Assembly (NCBI GenBank): GCA_951406725.2
Contig: OX597840.1
Location: forward strand, 3,906,001 to 3,970,000
Reading direction: 5' to 3'
DNA: 64,000 nucleotides
Origin: Octopus vulgaris
Taxonomy: Eukaryota
Both the position numbers and the translations under genes were made by a program. The notes under the pieces were generated by a model. That model was not told the origin of the DNA. It was given only the letters and a program-made list of their open reading frames with translations, and did not search any database. Within the stretch, counting starts at the first letter, position 1, and the number at the start of each line of letters is the position of its first letter. Positions 12,988 through 26,234 of this stretch are shown piece by piece.

Positions 12988-13894
12988 AACAATAAACAGC
13001 CGACTTTGCCCTTTCATCCTTTTGGGAATCAATAATAGATAGCACAAGACAAATACTTTTGTCGGTGGCATTTATTATAGCCATCTCCCTAAAACTTTTC
13101 ATGAGCCTCAAGTTAAAAATAATTATTATCACTACGATTATTATAAAACCGGGGTCAGCTTTGCTATTTATAATTCAGAGATCGATAAAATAAAATACCA
13201 GTAAAACGCTGGAGTAGCTTTATACCACTGTAGCTTTCTTCCTAAATCCTGAGACTTTTTACTCTTTTGGACCTTTGGGTTTACTGGTCTTTTTGCCTAT
13301 GTTGAATGTCATTGTTATTAAAGGAATTCAGTAAACCTTTAAAAGAAACCTACACTAGAAATGTTCAACCCTAGTAAATACTATATTATAATGCCTTAGC
13401 AATGTTTACAGAGCCTAGTATTGTTATATTATAGACCGTGCCTATGGCTATCTTCATAGGTGATATAGTAATATCTTTACCAAAACCTTGCAAATCGTTC
13501 CAATTATAGCTATTCCATCTAAGATAATAAACATATCATTTAACTGACACAATGGGGTTCAGTTGAACATTATTTCGGTGTGATTCTTGGGTGTTTGGTT
13601 TTCAGCTTGCTTCTACACATTAATGTCACATTGTATTGTTATAAAGATAATTTATTGTGCTATTATCATGGAGAATTATGTCTGCCATTTATTGGTCTGT
13701 CTCTTTGTTAAAGTTATATTCTAAGCTAGTTGCGGTTTCATGTGAATACTTGACTGCTTTTTTTATATCTCTAAGGAGATGAAACTGGAAGGCAATGCTA
13801 TTGTAAAGCAGGTTATTCTGTTGCCCAACGCAGACCGGATTTGCAAATATAAAACAGAATGTATTCTGCTTTATATGTGGAACAGACTGGTACA

Positions 13895-14330
13895 GTGGCA
13901 CAAATCAGTAGAGAGCCGGATAAAACGACGGTGGTTCATCATAATTTGTAGCGCGTTCGATAAAATAATGGGGGATTGTCATAAGTGGTACAGCATTAGA
14001 CAAAATGACGGCAGTTTATAAAAATCGGTAGGCCGTTGGATAAAATAACGGGGGTTCGTTATAATTGATATTACGTTGGACAAAATGACGGTGGATTGTA
14101 AGAATTGGTAGAGCGTCAAACAAAATGACGGTGTACTGTCATGGGAAAAATAGTGTCGAATTATTATAAATGGCAGGGCGTCGAACAAAATGGCGGTAGA
14201 TTGAAAGAACTAGTAGGGTGCTGATGAATACGGAATTGATAGAGCATCAAAGAAATTGTCAGTGATTCTTCAAGAATGTATAGGGTATCGAAGGCGACGG
14301 GCTGTCAGAATCAAAAGAACGACAAACAAA
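13895..14330 (+). repeat. Degenerate ~40-bp minisatellite, about 10 units
   Basis: Units such as gacggtggattgtaagaattggtagagcgtcaaacaaaat and gacggcagtttataaaaatcggtaggccgttggataaaat. Confidence 0.7.
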
Positions 14331-14386
14331 TTGTCTTTGCATCATTTCGTCTCTACTCTTCACTTGTTTATTATTATTCTTAAACA

Positions 14387-14605
14387 AGGCATTGAGTTGG
14401 CAGAATCGTTATCACGCCGGACAAAGTGTTTAACAGCATTTCGTCCGCCTTCACGTTCCGGGTTCAAATTTCACCAAGAATGGCTTTACATTTCAGTCAT
14501 TTGAGATCGATAAAATAAGTACCAGTTGCGCATTGGGGTCGATGTCATCAACTGGTCACCTTCCTTAAAAGTTTCAAGCATTATGTCTTCAGAAGAAAGG
14601 GTTAT
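14387..14605 (+). mobile_element. SINE family M copy
   Basis: ggcattgagttggcagaatcgttatcacgccggac..gataaaataagtaccagttgcgcattggggtcgatg. Confidence 0.75.
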
Positions 14606-15274
14606 TACAGAGATTTTTATAAAAATTCCAAATCTAAGTCATTTAAAATACGGGTTTTTTCTTTTAGCTCTTTTTCTTTTTGCTTACGTTTACAATTATT
14701 CATGAAGAGATGTGCAGTGCTCTCTGGACATCTATTTTCTTTGTAACTATTCTAAATAAATTTCCTTACCTTTTTATGAAATTTCCCTTCCACCCGTATT
14801 TTACCATTCTAATTTAAGGGAGAAAACTTTTGAATGTATTCTGACAGAACGAATGAATGATGGTTACTTAACTTGGTGTGGTATGTAGTCAATTGAACTG
14901 GTCTTATCTAAATAGTCCGTACACATGTTGTCAGTGGCATCGACTAAGGGATATACAAAAACAAACAAGTGATTCTCAATGCCACAGTTCCCTTAGAAGT
15001 AATCAAGGCACCATGGTAGGAATAAAATGGGTGAATAATATAGGGTATTAACCCATACTTGTACAGATATAGTCTGGAGATCGAATCCACGATCGGTGTT
15101 TCGTTTGTACTTCATTGTGGCACTACATCGTAATGAGAAGCAAGTGATCTATCCAGCAGAACATGTAACTCACTTCCACACAGTTCCCGTCTACCAAATC
15201 CATTCACAAAACATTAGTCAGTTCGGTGCTAAAATAGAAAAGACTTGGCCAAAATGCAGCACAATGACACTGAA

Positions 15275-16424
15275 TTCTTTACCACCCACAAGGGGCTAAA
15301 CATAGAAGGGACAAACAAGGACAGACAAACGGATTAAGCCGATTATATCGACCCCAGTGCGTAACTGGTACTTATTTAATCGACCCTGAAAGGATGAAAG
15401 GCAAAGTCGACCTCGGCGGAATTTGAACTCAGAACGTAGCGGCAGACGAAATACCTATTTCTTTACTACCCACAAGGAGCTAAACACAGAGAGGACAAAC
15501 AAGGACAGACAAACGGATTAAGTCGATTATATCGACCCCAGTGCGTAACTGGTACTTATTTAATCGACCCTGAAAGGATGAAAGGCAAAGTCGACCTCGG
15601 CGGAATTTGAACTCAGAACGTAGCGGCAGACAAAATACCTATTTCTTTACTACCCACAAGGAGCTAAACACAGAGAGGACAAACAAGGACAGACAAACGG
15701 ATTAAGTCGATTATATCGACCCCAGTGCGTAACTGGTACTTATTTAATCGACCCTGAAAGGATGAAAGGCAAAGTCGACCTCGGCGGAATTTGAACTCAG
15801 AACGTAGCGGCAGATGAAATACCTATTTCTTTACTACCCACAAGGAGCTAAACACAGAGAGGACAAACAAGGACAGACAAACGGATTAAGTCCATTATAT
15901 CGACCCCAGTGCGTAACTGGTACTTATTTAATCGACCCCGAAAGGATGAAAGGCAAAGTCGACCTCGGCGGAATTTGAACTCAGAACGTAGCGGCAGACG
16001 AAATACCTATTTCTTTACTACCCACAAGGAGCTAAACACAGAGAGGACAAACAAGGACAGACACACGGATTAAGTCGATTATATCGACCCCAGTGCGTAA
16101 CTGGTACTTATTTAATCGACCCTGAAAGGATGAAAGGCAAAGTCGACCTCGGCGGAATTTGAACTCAGAACGTAGCGGCAGACGAAATACCTATTTCTTT
16201 ACTACCCACAAGGAGCTAAACACAGAGAGGACAAACAAGGACAGACAAAGGGATTAAGTCGATTATATCGACCCCAGTGCGTAACTGGTACTTATTTAAT
16301 CGACCCTGAATAGATGAAAGGCAAAGTCGACCTCGGAGGAATTTGAACTCAGAACGTAGCAGCAGACTAAATACCGCTAAGCATTTCGCCCAGCGTGCTA
16401 ACGCTTCTGCCAGCTCGCCGCCTT
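15275..16424 (-). mobile_element. SINE family M hexamer: one head plus six 184-bp bodies, nested in a SINE A copy
   Basis: Unit starts at 15277, 15461, 15645, 15829, 16013 and 16197 (period 184); head at about 16375-16424. Host SINE A lies at 15183-15274 and appears to resume after 16425. Confidence 0.9.
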
Positions 16425-16944
16425 GCAATACCAGCATCTTAACCACAAAGATGGCCTGCACTTGTAATTTAATAGAAAACTTTATTCTTTCGTTATTTGT
16501 TCTTTCTATCTTCTATTATCTATTCTTCACATTTTTTTAGGGGGCGTGGGGGAGGGCTTTTACTTTCTTCTGTTCTTCCTGTCATCCAAACTCAGTTATC
16601 TATGGTACATTCTCTGATATTAATAGAGACAAGGTCTCGAGATGTTTCTCTTCTTGATGAGAGCGGCTGTCTTTATTAATCACAACCGTCGCCATTATTG
16701 GAATGTTCTTCTTCATGGTTTTCTCAAATATCATGCATTAGGTCTTTTTTCTGCTTGGGTGTTTAGTTGTGTGTATATAAAAATATGTCTATATAAGTTA
16801 AATGTTTTTTCACACACATACATATATATATATGTATACCTATATGCGCACACATTTGTATATATACGTAAATGTGCGTATATGTGTCAGTATATCTGAG
16901 TAAATCTATAAATATCTATACTAGTTTGTGTGTATATATATATG

Positions 16945-16983
<39 letters not shown>

Positions 16984-17194
16984 TATACATACTTTTATGT
17001 AAATATATATACATTCGTATAATGCATATATATATGCACAAATGGATATATTTACATTTACATACATATGTATCTATCTATACATATGTATGTGTATATA
17101 TACATACATATGTATAAATATATATTTATGTATGTGCGCACACACATACACATATGTTTGTATATATATGTATATACATTCAAACATAGGTACG

Positions 17195-17307
<113 letters not shown>

Positions 17308-18766
17308 CATACACATATTGTTATCTGTTGCCCTTTGCACTCTTCTCATCACTTCCTGAATTTAAATACTTCCCTCTGAACAGCCTCTTTAAGATTGCCG
17401 TTTAGGAATCTCACAAAAGCTTCAAATAAAATGCCTTGCGTTTATTTGTTTTGGATCTTTGAGTTCTAATCCTGCCGAGATCGACATTGTCTATCAATCT
17501 CTCTGGGGTCTTAAAATAAAATACTGCTCAAATACTGAAGTTGCTTCAATTTCCTAACCCTCTTCTCCCAAAATTTTAGGCCTTTTGCTTATAAGAAACA
17601 ACTGACGTTGGTACTCTTTACTCTTTTACTCTTGTCGCAATCTGTGTCACGCAGAGTCCCTTTGAGAACTATGTTAAGAGTACAAGTTCTGTGGAGTACT
17701 CAGTTACTTGCACATTAATTTCACGAGCAGGCTTTTCTGTTGATCAGGTCAACTGAAGAGCTAGTCGTCGCAACCGACGGCGAACCAGTTATTTCACCGA
17801 TTATACATAAGCTAACCCGAGCGCTCACAGTAAAACACATTTACTTAAACCCCCATGCTGTGGAACTGAAACCGAGACCTTGCGATTGCGAAGCAAAATT
17901 TTCAACCATTCGATCGAGCCGCATCCTATCGACGGAGTACTACAGTAAAAGTAGAAATGAAACCGCGATCTTATGATTACGAAACACAATGTTCAACCAT
18001 TCGGTGGTATCGTATCCACTAGACTGGTTACGCCAAAGAAAACAACATTTTTATGGTACTTTTTATCTGAAAGAAAGAGCAGTTACCGTCTTTAATTATG
18101 TACTGTAGATCTTTCAAACCAACTGTATATTTAGCCAGAAGCAACACGCAATCGAAAGAGTGTTATTAATAAATAACATAGAGAAGCCACACAATCATTC
18201 ATTTATCCATAATATGGTTCCTTTGCCCGTATGACACTTGTCAATATCATGACGTCGATTAATTTTTAACGCGTGTGCAGCAGAAAAGTCAAACAAAAAC
18301 TAAAAAATATGTTATATTGATTATTTTCTGGAAAAAATATAATGAATGGTATTTCATAAAGTCAAACAATTAATTGTGATTATCGCTTTGGTCAGATTGA
18401 AATACAATGCAGAATAGAAGTGAATTGATAATGCTAAGAGATATGACGGAAAAATTATTAATAATAAGCGACTAATAAATTATCGGGCGATTTAGTAACA
18501 CAGAGAGAGCCATTACGTTTTTAAACACACAAATATATACACATATACATATGATAGAAAAATATTTTTTTTAAATTACACGATGACGTGGTAAAAAAAA
18601 AGAAAAGAAAAGTGGTGTATTAGCTGACGATCAGGAATGTTGGAAGACGTTAAGATTACAAGCCTACGCTCTTCTACTGAAAAGCAGATGAAGACAGAGA
18701 AAATAAGGAGAAAAGAACAAGCACGTCTGAAACAGACGATCGCAGCATTATGGAATGACCATGTAA

Positions 18767-18836
<70 letters not shown>

Positions 18837-18842
18837 ATATAT

Positions 18843-19025
18843 AAAGTTAATCCAAACATGAAAACACAAAGAGAAAACACAATGCGAGGACATGGAACAA
18901 ATATAGTATTATTGGACGCTCAGGGAAGAAGGAAAGAAGGAGGGTTTAACGTTTCAAGCGGAGCTCTTCGTCGGAAACATAGGGAAAAAAATCGCCAACG
19001 GTACACACGCGGTCACATTTTGAAA
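18843..19025 (-). mobile_element. Penelope-like terminal fragment in (TA)n with a minimal hammerhead
   Basis: Minus 18944-18978: GTTT CCGACGA A GAGC TCC GCTT GAAA CG TT AAAC. Confidence 0.6.
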
Positions 19026-19028
19026 ATA

Positions 19029-19061
<33 letters not shown>

Positions 19062-19063
19062 TA

Positions 19064-19264
19064 CGGAGATGTACTTGCATTGCATAAAAAGTGATCTGAT
19101 CTGAGATAGTGTTCTGAAACAAAAACAGTTGCAGCGTGGAAGGTGTTTATAAGCGATTTAAAAATACACAAAAACTGTTAGATTCGCTTCAACATTTAAA
19201 TTTAATTTGTCAAAATATTTTCGTCGCTTTGAAACCACGTCCTGTTCACTGACAAAATTCAGTG

Positions 19265-19265
<1 letters not shown>
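19064..19265 (-). mobile_element. Penelope-like fragment in (TA)n with a degenerate hammerhead-like fold
   Basis: Minus: TTGTCA gtgaacag gacgtggtttcaaagcgac GAAA ATAT TT TGACAA; stem I and palindromic stem III present, core altered. Confidence 0.4.
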
Positions 19266-19332
<67 letters not shown>

Positions 19333-19349
19333 AGGCGCGTGGCTCAGTG

Positions 19350-19475
19350 GATGTGTAAACAACAAACAGATGTATTAGTTTAACGCTCGAGAAATAAAAA
19401 TGTCTTTTACGTTTCGAGGCTACGCTCTTCGACAGAAAGGAACACAGACATAAGCAGAGAGAGAAAATAAATACA
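19350..19475 (-). mobile_element. Penelope-like terminal fragment with a hammerhead variant
   Basis: Minus 19404-19439: CTTT CTGTCGA A GAGC GTAG CCTC GAAA CG TA AAAG; homologous to 22238-22455 and 31935-32112. Confidence 0.65.
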
Positions 19476-19492
19476 CACATACCTATACATAT

Positions 19493-19798
19493 TGTTGTTT
19501 GTTCCTTCTCGAGTCACGCCTGGCTCATAACGGCCGGTTTCCCGGTTACTTTTGCGTATAGGTTCCCCATTTGGACGGGACGCCGGTCCGTCGCAGGTGA
19601 GCTGCAAGATGCAGGTAGAAAGAATGAGAGAAAGTTGTGGCGAAAGAGTCAACAGAAGTTCGCCATTACATTCTGCCGGAGCCGCGTGGAACTAAAGTGT
19701 TTCGTTCATAAACACACACATCACCCGGTCTGAGATTCGAACCCGCTATCCCTCGACCGCGAGTCCGCTGCTCTAACCACTAGGCCATTTGCCTCCAC
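19493..19798 (-). mobile_element. tRNA-derived SINE family B with 12-bp TSD
   Basis: Minus head gtggaggcaaatggcctagtggttagagcagcggactcgcggtcgagg..ggttcgaatctc (A/B boxes). TSD acctatacatat at 19481-19492 and 19799-19810. Confidence 0.85.
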
Positions 19799-20917
19799 AC
19801 CTATACATATGCACACATATTAATTGCTGGTTGGGTCACAGTGGCTAGTTTTTTAGCCCCAACATACTTACCTAGTATATTAAAGGTTTTTAAGTCAATA
19901 CTGTCGCCTACTTTTGTGTTAGCAGTGACATTCAATCATTTCTAAGTGCGCGTGTGCGTGTGAGCATGAGCGTGTGTGTGCGTGTGCGTGTGTGCGTGTG
20001 CGCGTATGCATGTGAGCGTGTGTGCGCATGTGCGTGTGTTAGCGTGTGCGTGTGTTAGCGTGTGCGTGTATGCGTGTGTGCGTGTACATATGTGCGTGCG
20101 CGTGTATGTGTGTGCGTGTGCATGTGTGCATGCGCGTGTATGCGTGTGTGCGTGTGCGTGTGCGCCTGTGCGTGTGCGCCTGTGCGTGTAAGTGTACGTG
20201 TGCGTATGTACGTGTGCACGTATTCATGTGTGCGTGCGTGCGTATATGCGTGTGTGCGTGTGTTCGTGCGCGTGTATGCGTGTGCGCGTGTGTGCGTGTA
20301 TGCGTGTATGCGTGTGTGCGTGTATGCGTGTATGCGTGTGCGCGTGCATGCGTGTGCACGTGCGTACTCCCCTTCCCGACACTGCTTGACCCCTGATGCT
20401 GGTTTACTCATATTACCATAACTCGACAAAAAGAGTCCGATAGAGTAAGTACCAAATAAAATAGCACCAGGAGTCGATTTGTTCGACTATAAGCCCCTTT
20501 AACACGGTGCCCCAGCATGGCCGCAGTCCAGTGTCAAGATGAAAGATATAACATTCGCAAGAACGCAAGGATATCATAGAAAACGAGAGAGCCATATCAA
20601 CGCAGAAACTCTTTCTTTCAATGATAACACTGGTAAACAACAGCTGATGGCGTTACGTCAACTCTCAGACATTGATCTGGTTTAATCTTTGTTCCTTGGT
20701 GAGTGTTATTAGATTTGAAAACAAATTATGACCAGATTAAATCAAGACAATGCAGGAACGGAGTTATGGTAAAGAAAATTAGTTTTCCGCTAATGAATTA
20801 TCAAAGAATTTTTATGCATTCGGCTTCTCACCAGGAAAGCAATCACGGAATGTAGTTTGTTGGTGCAATGTCGCTCTTTCATCGCTCCTTATATTTGTCG
20901 TTCGCCCGTTATTACAT

Positions 20918-21295
20918 TGTGAGGTATATTTGCCATCTCAATATGGCTAACCACTAAGGGTGGGTGTTACTGTAGCTTGTAGCCCCAGGAGAACATCTCC
21001 TCCAGCTGGCTTTAGGCACACTTTCTGTGCCCTATCGGTATTTGCAAAGGGAGGTCACCCTTCCCTCGTCAACCTAAGTGATACGCACGGACTGCAGTTT
21101 CTAGGTATTGACCTACGCAGTCTGTGCGTATCACTTAGGTTGACGAGGGAGGGATGACCTTCCTTTGCAAATACCTTAAAGGCACAGAAAGTGTGCCTAA
21201 AGCCAGCTGGAGACGATGATCTCCTGGGGTTAAAAAGCTACGGTAACACCCACCATTAGTGGTTAGCCATATTGAGATGGAAAATATACCTCACA
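20918..21295. mobile_element. Foldback/MITE-like palindrome, ~178-bp arms and ~21-bp spacer
   Basis: tgtgaggtatatt..gactgc [spacer] gcagtc..aatatacctcaca; arms moderately diverged. Confidence 0.8.
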
Positions 21296-21494
21296 TTCTC
21301 GTGCAGTTACTGTTTATACCTCGTTCAGAGATTTATTATCGTTATTACATTGTTTTCCACATATCAAAATACAACTAACTATGGGGTGTACAGAGTTACC
21401 TTTCAACACCTGATGTACGAGCAAAACCCTGAACCTTACTGACTCGAGCCCCGGTTTATATGGCATATAAGAGACCGAGATCTCAACATTCTCT

Positions 21495-21665
21495 CTGAAC
21501 CGGACGCCAGTCCGTTGCAGGGTAACTCATTTACAGCTGAGTGAACTGAGGCAACGCGAAATGAAGCGTTTCGCTCAAAAACACAACACATCGTCCGATC
21601 CAAGAATGGAAATCACGATGCTGCAATCGCGAGTGCAATATCTGAACCACTAAGCCACGTGCCTT
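21495..21665 (-). mobile_element. tRNA-derived SINE family B, diverged
   Basis: Minus ggcacgtggcttagtggttcag..ttttgagcgaaacgcttcatttcgcgttgcctcagttcactcagctgtaaatgagt. Confidence 0.7.
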
Positions 21666-21975
21666 CCTAGTTCACGAGAGCAGGGACCGAGAAATTGATT
21701 TCCTGTTATGATCCATGATGGCATTGTTGAGTGACTTTCGAATTTATGAACGAATTTAGTATTTTTGAGACACACATGCAACACCAGGGTATATAAGATT
21801 ATATGGCGATAATAATAATGAGCATGCGTGTGTGTGTGTGTGTGTGTCTGTGTCTGTGTGTCTGTGTCTGTGTGTGTGTGTGCGCGCTTATTCGTTTGTA
21901 GGAAGTGCAAAGATTGTGACGCTGAGATAACTTGAAGATACGGAAGGGTTTGAAGTATTGCGATATATGTATGTA

Positions 21976-22074
<99 letters not shown>

Positions 22075-22123
22075 GTATATGTATATATATATACATATGT
22101 ATATATATATATATGTATGTATG

Positions 22124-22156
<33 letters not shown>

Positions 22157-22177
22157 GTATGTACGTATGTATGTATG

Positions 22178-22237
<60 letters not shown>

Positions 22238-22242
<5 letters not shown>

Positions 22243-22455
22243 AGAGTTTACGAAAAAAAACAAAAGACGAAGGCAGGTAGTGTACAAAACAAACAGATGT
22301 ATTAGTATAACGCTCAGGAATAGAAAAAGTCTTTTACGTTTCGAGCCTATGCTCTTCTACAGAAAGGGACACAGAGAAAACAAGGAGAGAAACAAGGAAA
22401 TAAAAAGAGGAGAGATAAAAATGTGTGAAGTGGCTACCGATCTATCATGGCGACT
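22238..22455 (-). mobile_element. Penelope-like terminal fragment in (TA)n with a hammerhead variant
   Basis: Minus 22331-22366: CTTT CTGTAGA A GAGC ATAG GCTC GAAA CG TA AAAG. Confidence 0.7.
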
Positions 22456-22607
22456 ATATATAAATAGATACATAGCTTACATACATACATACATAAATAC
22501 ATACATACATACATACATACATACAGACATGCATACATGCATACATGTTCGTTCTTGTATTTGTAAGTACACATGTACACATGAATAAAGTGTTTGACTG
22601 TGTTTCG

Positions 22608-22664
<57 letters not shown>

Positions 22665-22684
22665 GCAGGCAGACAGGCAGACAT

Positions 22685-22788
<104 letters not shown>

Positions 22789-24367
22789 CGAAACATATAT
22801 GTATATACACACACTCACACACACAAACATATACATGCAAATATACACGAGAGGGCGCGTTTATGCAAATGAGGTTAGCAGTGTGCATATTTATATGAGA
22901 ATGGGCGGAGTCAAAGACATTAGCGATCTAGATGGAGGAAGAACATAGGACACTATCAGCCTATACGGACGAAGGAGTTCGACAAATAATAAATTCATTT
23001 AATACGGCTTGTCGCGCATAACACTGCTGTTGTCTTTGTGTAGCTCTAGGTCAGATGCAAACGAGAAAATCTGCAGTGAAAACCGTTCCATCCGCAACCA
23101 TCTAGTCTTATTTTTCTCCCGATATCAACATTATCAGATGTAGGTTTTTTTAAACAAAAAAAAAGAGGTAGAATGTGATTTGTGGGAGGTTTGACTGCGG
23201 TTTTTAGCAGGTCAAGTGGTCATGTTGGCTCCCTTGTTACCTGGTCATATGAGTCAATTTTTGGTGGTCTTTGATAATATTTGGACTATTTGCATTCAGT
23301 GCACATAGTAAAGCGTGTTCTCCACTGACGAGAATTAATAAGACTGAAACATGTCTGAAGTTTTCTACCTTCCTTGTTGCGGTGATTGACATATTAAAAA
23401 GATTTGGCTGATATTTTAGGAACTCTAATAAGCCCATAGAAGTTCCTTTATTGGCACGACACCTAAAATGAAATACGTGCACGTGACAAAAAATTCGACA
23501 GTAAAGGAGATAAAGGACGAGACAGCGAGATCGAGAGGGGGAGAGAGAGATGGGAGGAGTGATTTTCAAGTTCAGATAAAACAATATCAACGAAAAAAAA
23601 CAAATAATTCGAACATACTACTTCATTACCGACAAAACAACAAAAAAAAGAAAAATACCACAGAACAAAACAAAATATAATTAAAAATATATTGATTTTA
23701 ATTTTGGTCTCTTAAAAAGTTAAATCTGTCAGATTTTCAAAATATCAGCGTATAAGAGAAAGCTAAATAAAAATTCTTAAAAATATGTAAAAATTTCCTG
23801 AAAGGCAAAAATTTATTCGAAAGTAGTCTGTCTTTCTATTTAAGAAAATAGTGAATGATATCGATTTTAAGTTTCTTCGGTTAAAAAGTTTAAATTTTCC
23901 AAAATATTCAAGATTTTCAACTCAAGTACTCAAAGAGCGTTTCTTGAAGATTTTTAGAAATCTTCAAAATACAAGACTTTCAAGATTTTGGAATAAAAGA
24001 ATACTAAATAATAAATAAACAGATGTAGTTTTTAGAACCGTATCTACCAAATAATCTTTGAATGGTTCTACTTAGTTTGCAGTAGATATGTATGTATATA
24101 TGAATGTATGAATGAATGTATGTATGTATGTATGTATGTAGGTGTGTATTATGTATGTATGTAGGTATGTAAGCATGTAGGTATGCATGTATGTATGTAG
24201 GTAGGTAGATAGATAGGTAGGTAGGTATATATGCATGTATACATGTATGTATGTAGGTATATAGGTTTATATGTATATATGTATATATGTATGTATGTAT
24301 GTAGGTAGGTAGGTAGGTATGTATATATTTAGGTATATATATACATGTATGTATATTGTGTGTACAG

Positions 24368-24403
<36 letters not shown>

Positions 24404-24859
24404 TTGTGTGTGTACATGTGCTTGTATAGGTATACTTATACATATATATATGTATCTATATACAGATGTGTGTGTGTGTTTGTGTGTGTATATATATATA
24501 TATACGTATATACATATGTGCATAATTGTATATGTACATATGCACATGCATATATACATATTTACATGCACATATATATATACATACATACATACGCACA
24601 TAAATTCACATATATATATGTATTTATGCATATACATAAATATACGTACACATATATACATACATATATAAGCACCTTTGCATATATACACTCGTACATA
24701 TATTTACAAATATATATTCATACATTTGTATATACATGTGATTATATCTGTGTGTAAGCGCATTTGGGTTACAAATGGGAGACAAAAGAACTGAACACAA
24801 AATTCATGGCGCATATATATATATATACATATAATTTATACGTGTGTATACATGTATGT

Positions 24860-25103
24860 GGAGGCGCGCGTGGCTTAGAGGTTAGGGTGACAGCATCATG
24901 ATCGTAAGATTGTGTTTTCGATTCCTGGACCGGGCGACGCGTTGTGTTCTTGAGCAAAACACTTCATTTCACGTTGCTCCAGTCCACTCAGCTGGCAAAA
25001 ATGAGTAACGCTGCGATGGACTGGCGTCCCGTCCAGCTGGGGAACACATACGCCATTGAAACCGGGAAACCGGGCCCATGAGCCTGGCTAGGCTTTAAAA
25101 GGG
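24860..25103 (+). mobile_element. tRNA-derived SINE family B
   Basis: ggaggcgcgcgtggcttagaggttagg..ttcgattcctggaccggg..cttgagcaaaacacttcatttcacgttgctccagtccactcagctgg. Confidence 0.8.
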
Positions 25104-25140
25104 TGAGAGAGAGTATATATGTATATATATATATATATAT

Positions 25141-25484
25141 AATTAATCAATATAGGGTGGCAAAAAAAAATTTTGTAGAATTCTTTTGCCACCAGCGGCC
25201 TAGTGGGAAAAAATAAATAGTCATAGACCATTTTTAAGTTCAACATCAACAATCAAGGAACGGCCATAATAGGCCATTCACCCACTAGAAATAACAGCCA
25301 AAGCATCAACCGCAAATAAAAATTAATTCCGTAAACCAGGAGAAAATTTAAAAAAACATTTACAGGGTAAATGTTTTTTAAATTTTCTCCTGGTTTACGG
25401 AATTAATTTTTATTTGCGGTTGATGCTTTGGCTGTTATTTCTAGTGGGTGAATGGCCTATTATGGCCGTTCCTTGATTGTTGAT
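25141..25484 (-). mobile_element. (TA)n-embedded hairpin element E1 (probably Penelope-like)
   Basis: Near-perfect palindrome 25245-25484 (119/118-bp arms, loop agg at 25364-25366) plus a ~100-bp unpaired extension. Confidence 0.75.
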
Positions 25485-25741
25485 ATATATATATATATTT
25501 ATTATTTATACGTATATATGTACATATATATTGCTCTAATGGCTGCAGTCAAGTGATTGAAATAAGTAAAAGAAAGTATATATGTGTGTGTATAAGCAAC
25601 GGAAGAATTTTGGGTTCTTATATTTCGATAAGTGATTTGAAACACATCAGGCCTCAGCGCAATAATTGTAGTATTCTCGGTTAATACAAATACGTATATG
25701 TGTGAGTGTGTTTACACATACATATATACATAAATAAGTAA

Positions 25742-25803
<62 letters not shown>

Positions 25804-25805
<2 letters not shown>

Positions 25806-26177
25806 CAACAATTGAGGGTAAAATTAATTAATTATTAATCAATTTCACCAAGTGTTCAGTATGCAAAGGGACCATTTAAGGCGAATTCAAATTATTACAA
25901 TATATAAAAGGGCTTAGTAAAATAAATTACTTTGCCGCATACTGAACTCATTAGAAATAGCAGCTAAAAAACTTTTTTAAAACTATTTCTAATACTTAAA
26001 GAAAACCTCTCTCATATAGTGTTTGCTCAACTCAACTCACTTCGTGAGTTGAGTTGAGCAAACACTATATGAGAGAGGTTTTCTTTAAGTATTAGAAATA
26101 GTTTTAAAAAAGTTTTTTAGCTGCTATTTCTAATGAGTTCAGTATGCGGCAAAGTAATTTATTTTACTAAACCCTTT

Positions 26178-26185
<8 letters not shown>
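25804..26185 (-). mobile_element. (TA)n-embedded hairpin element E2
   Basis: Palindrome 25899-26185 (142-bp arms, one mismatch seen, loop ttc at 26041-26043) plus a ~95-bp extension. Confidence 0.75.

Positions 26186-26231
<46 letters not shown>

Positions 26232-26234
<3 letters not shown>

Noticed and set aside
15275-16424. CRISPR-like array
   Set aside because: Units are contiguous 184-bp SINE bodies with no unique spacers; eukaryotic context and no cas genes.
25950-25965. tagaaatagca resembles the Cas9 sgRNA scaffold
   Set aside because: Only an ~11-nt match, spanning an engineered loop; the rest of the scaffold is absent.
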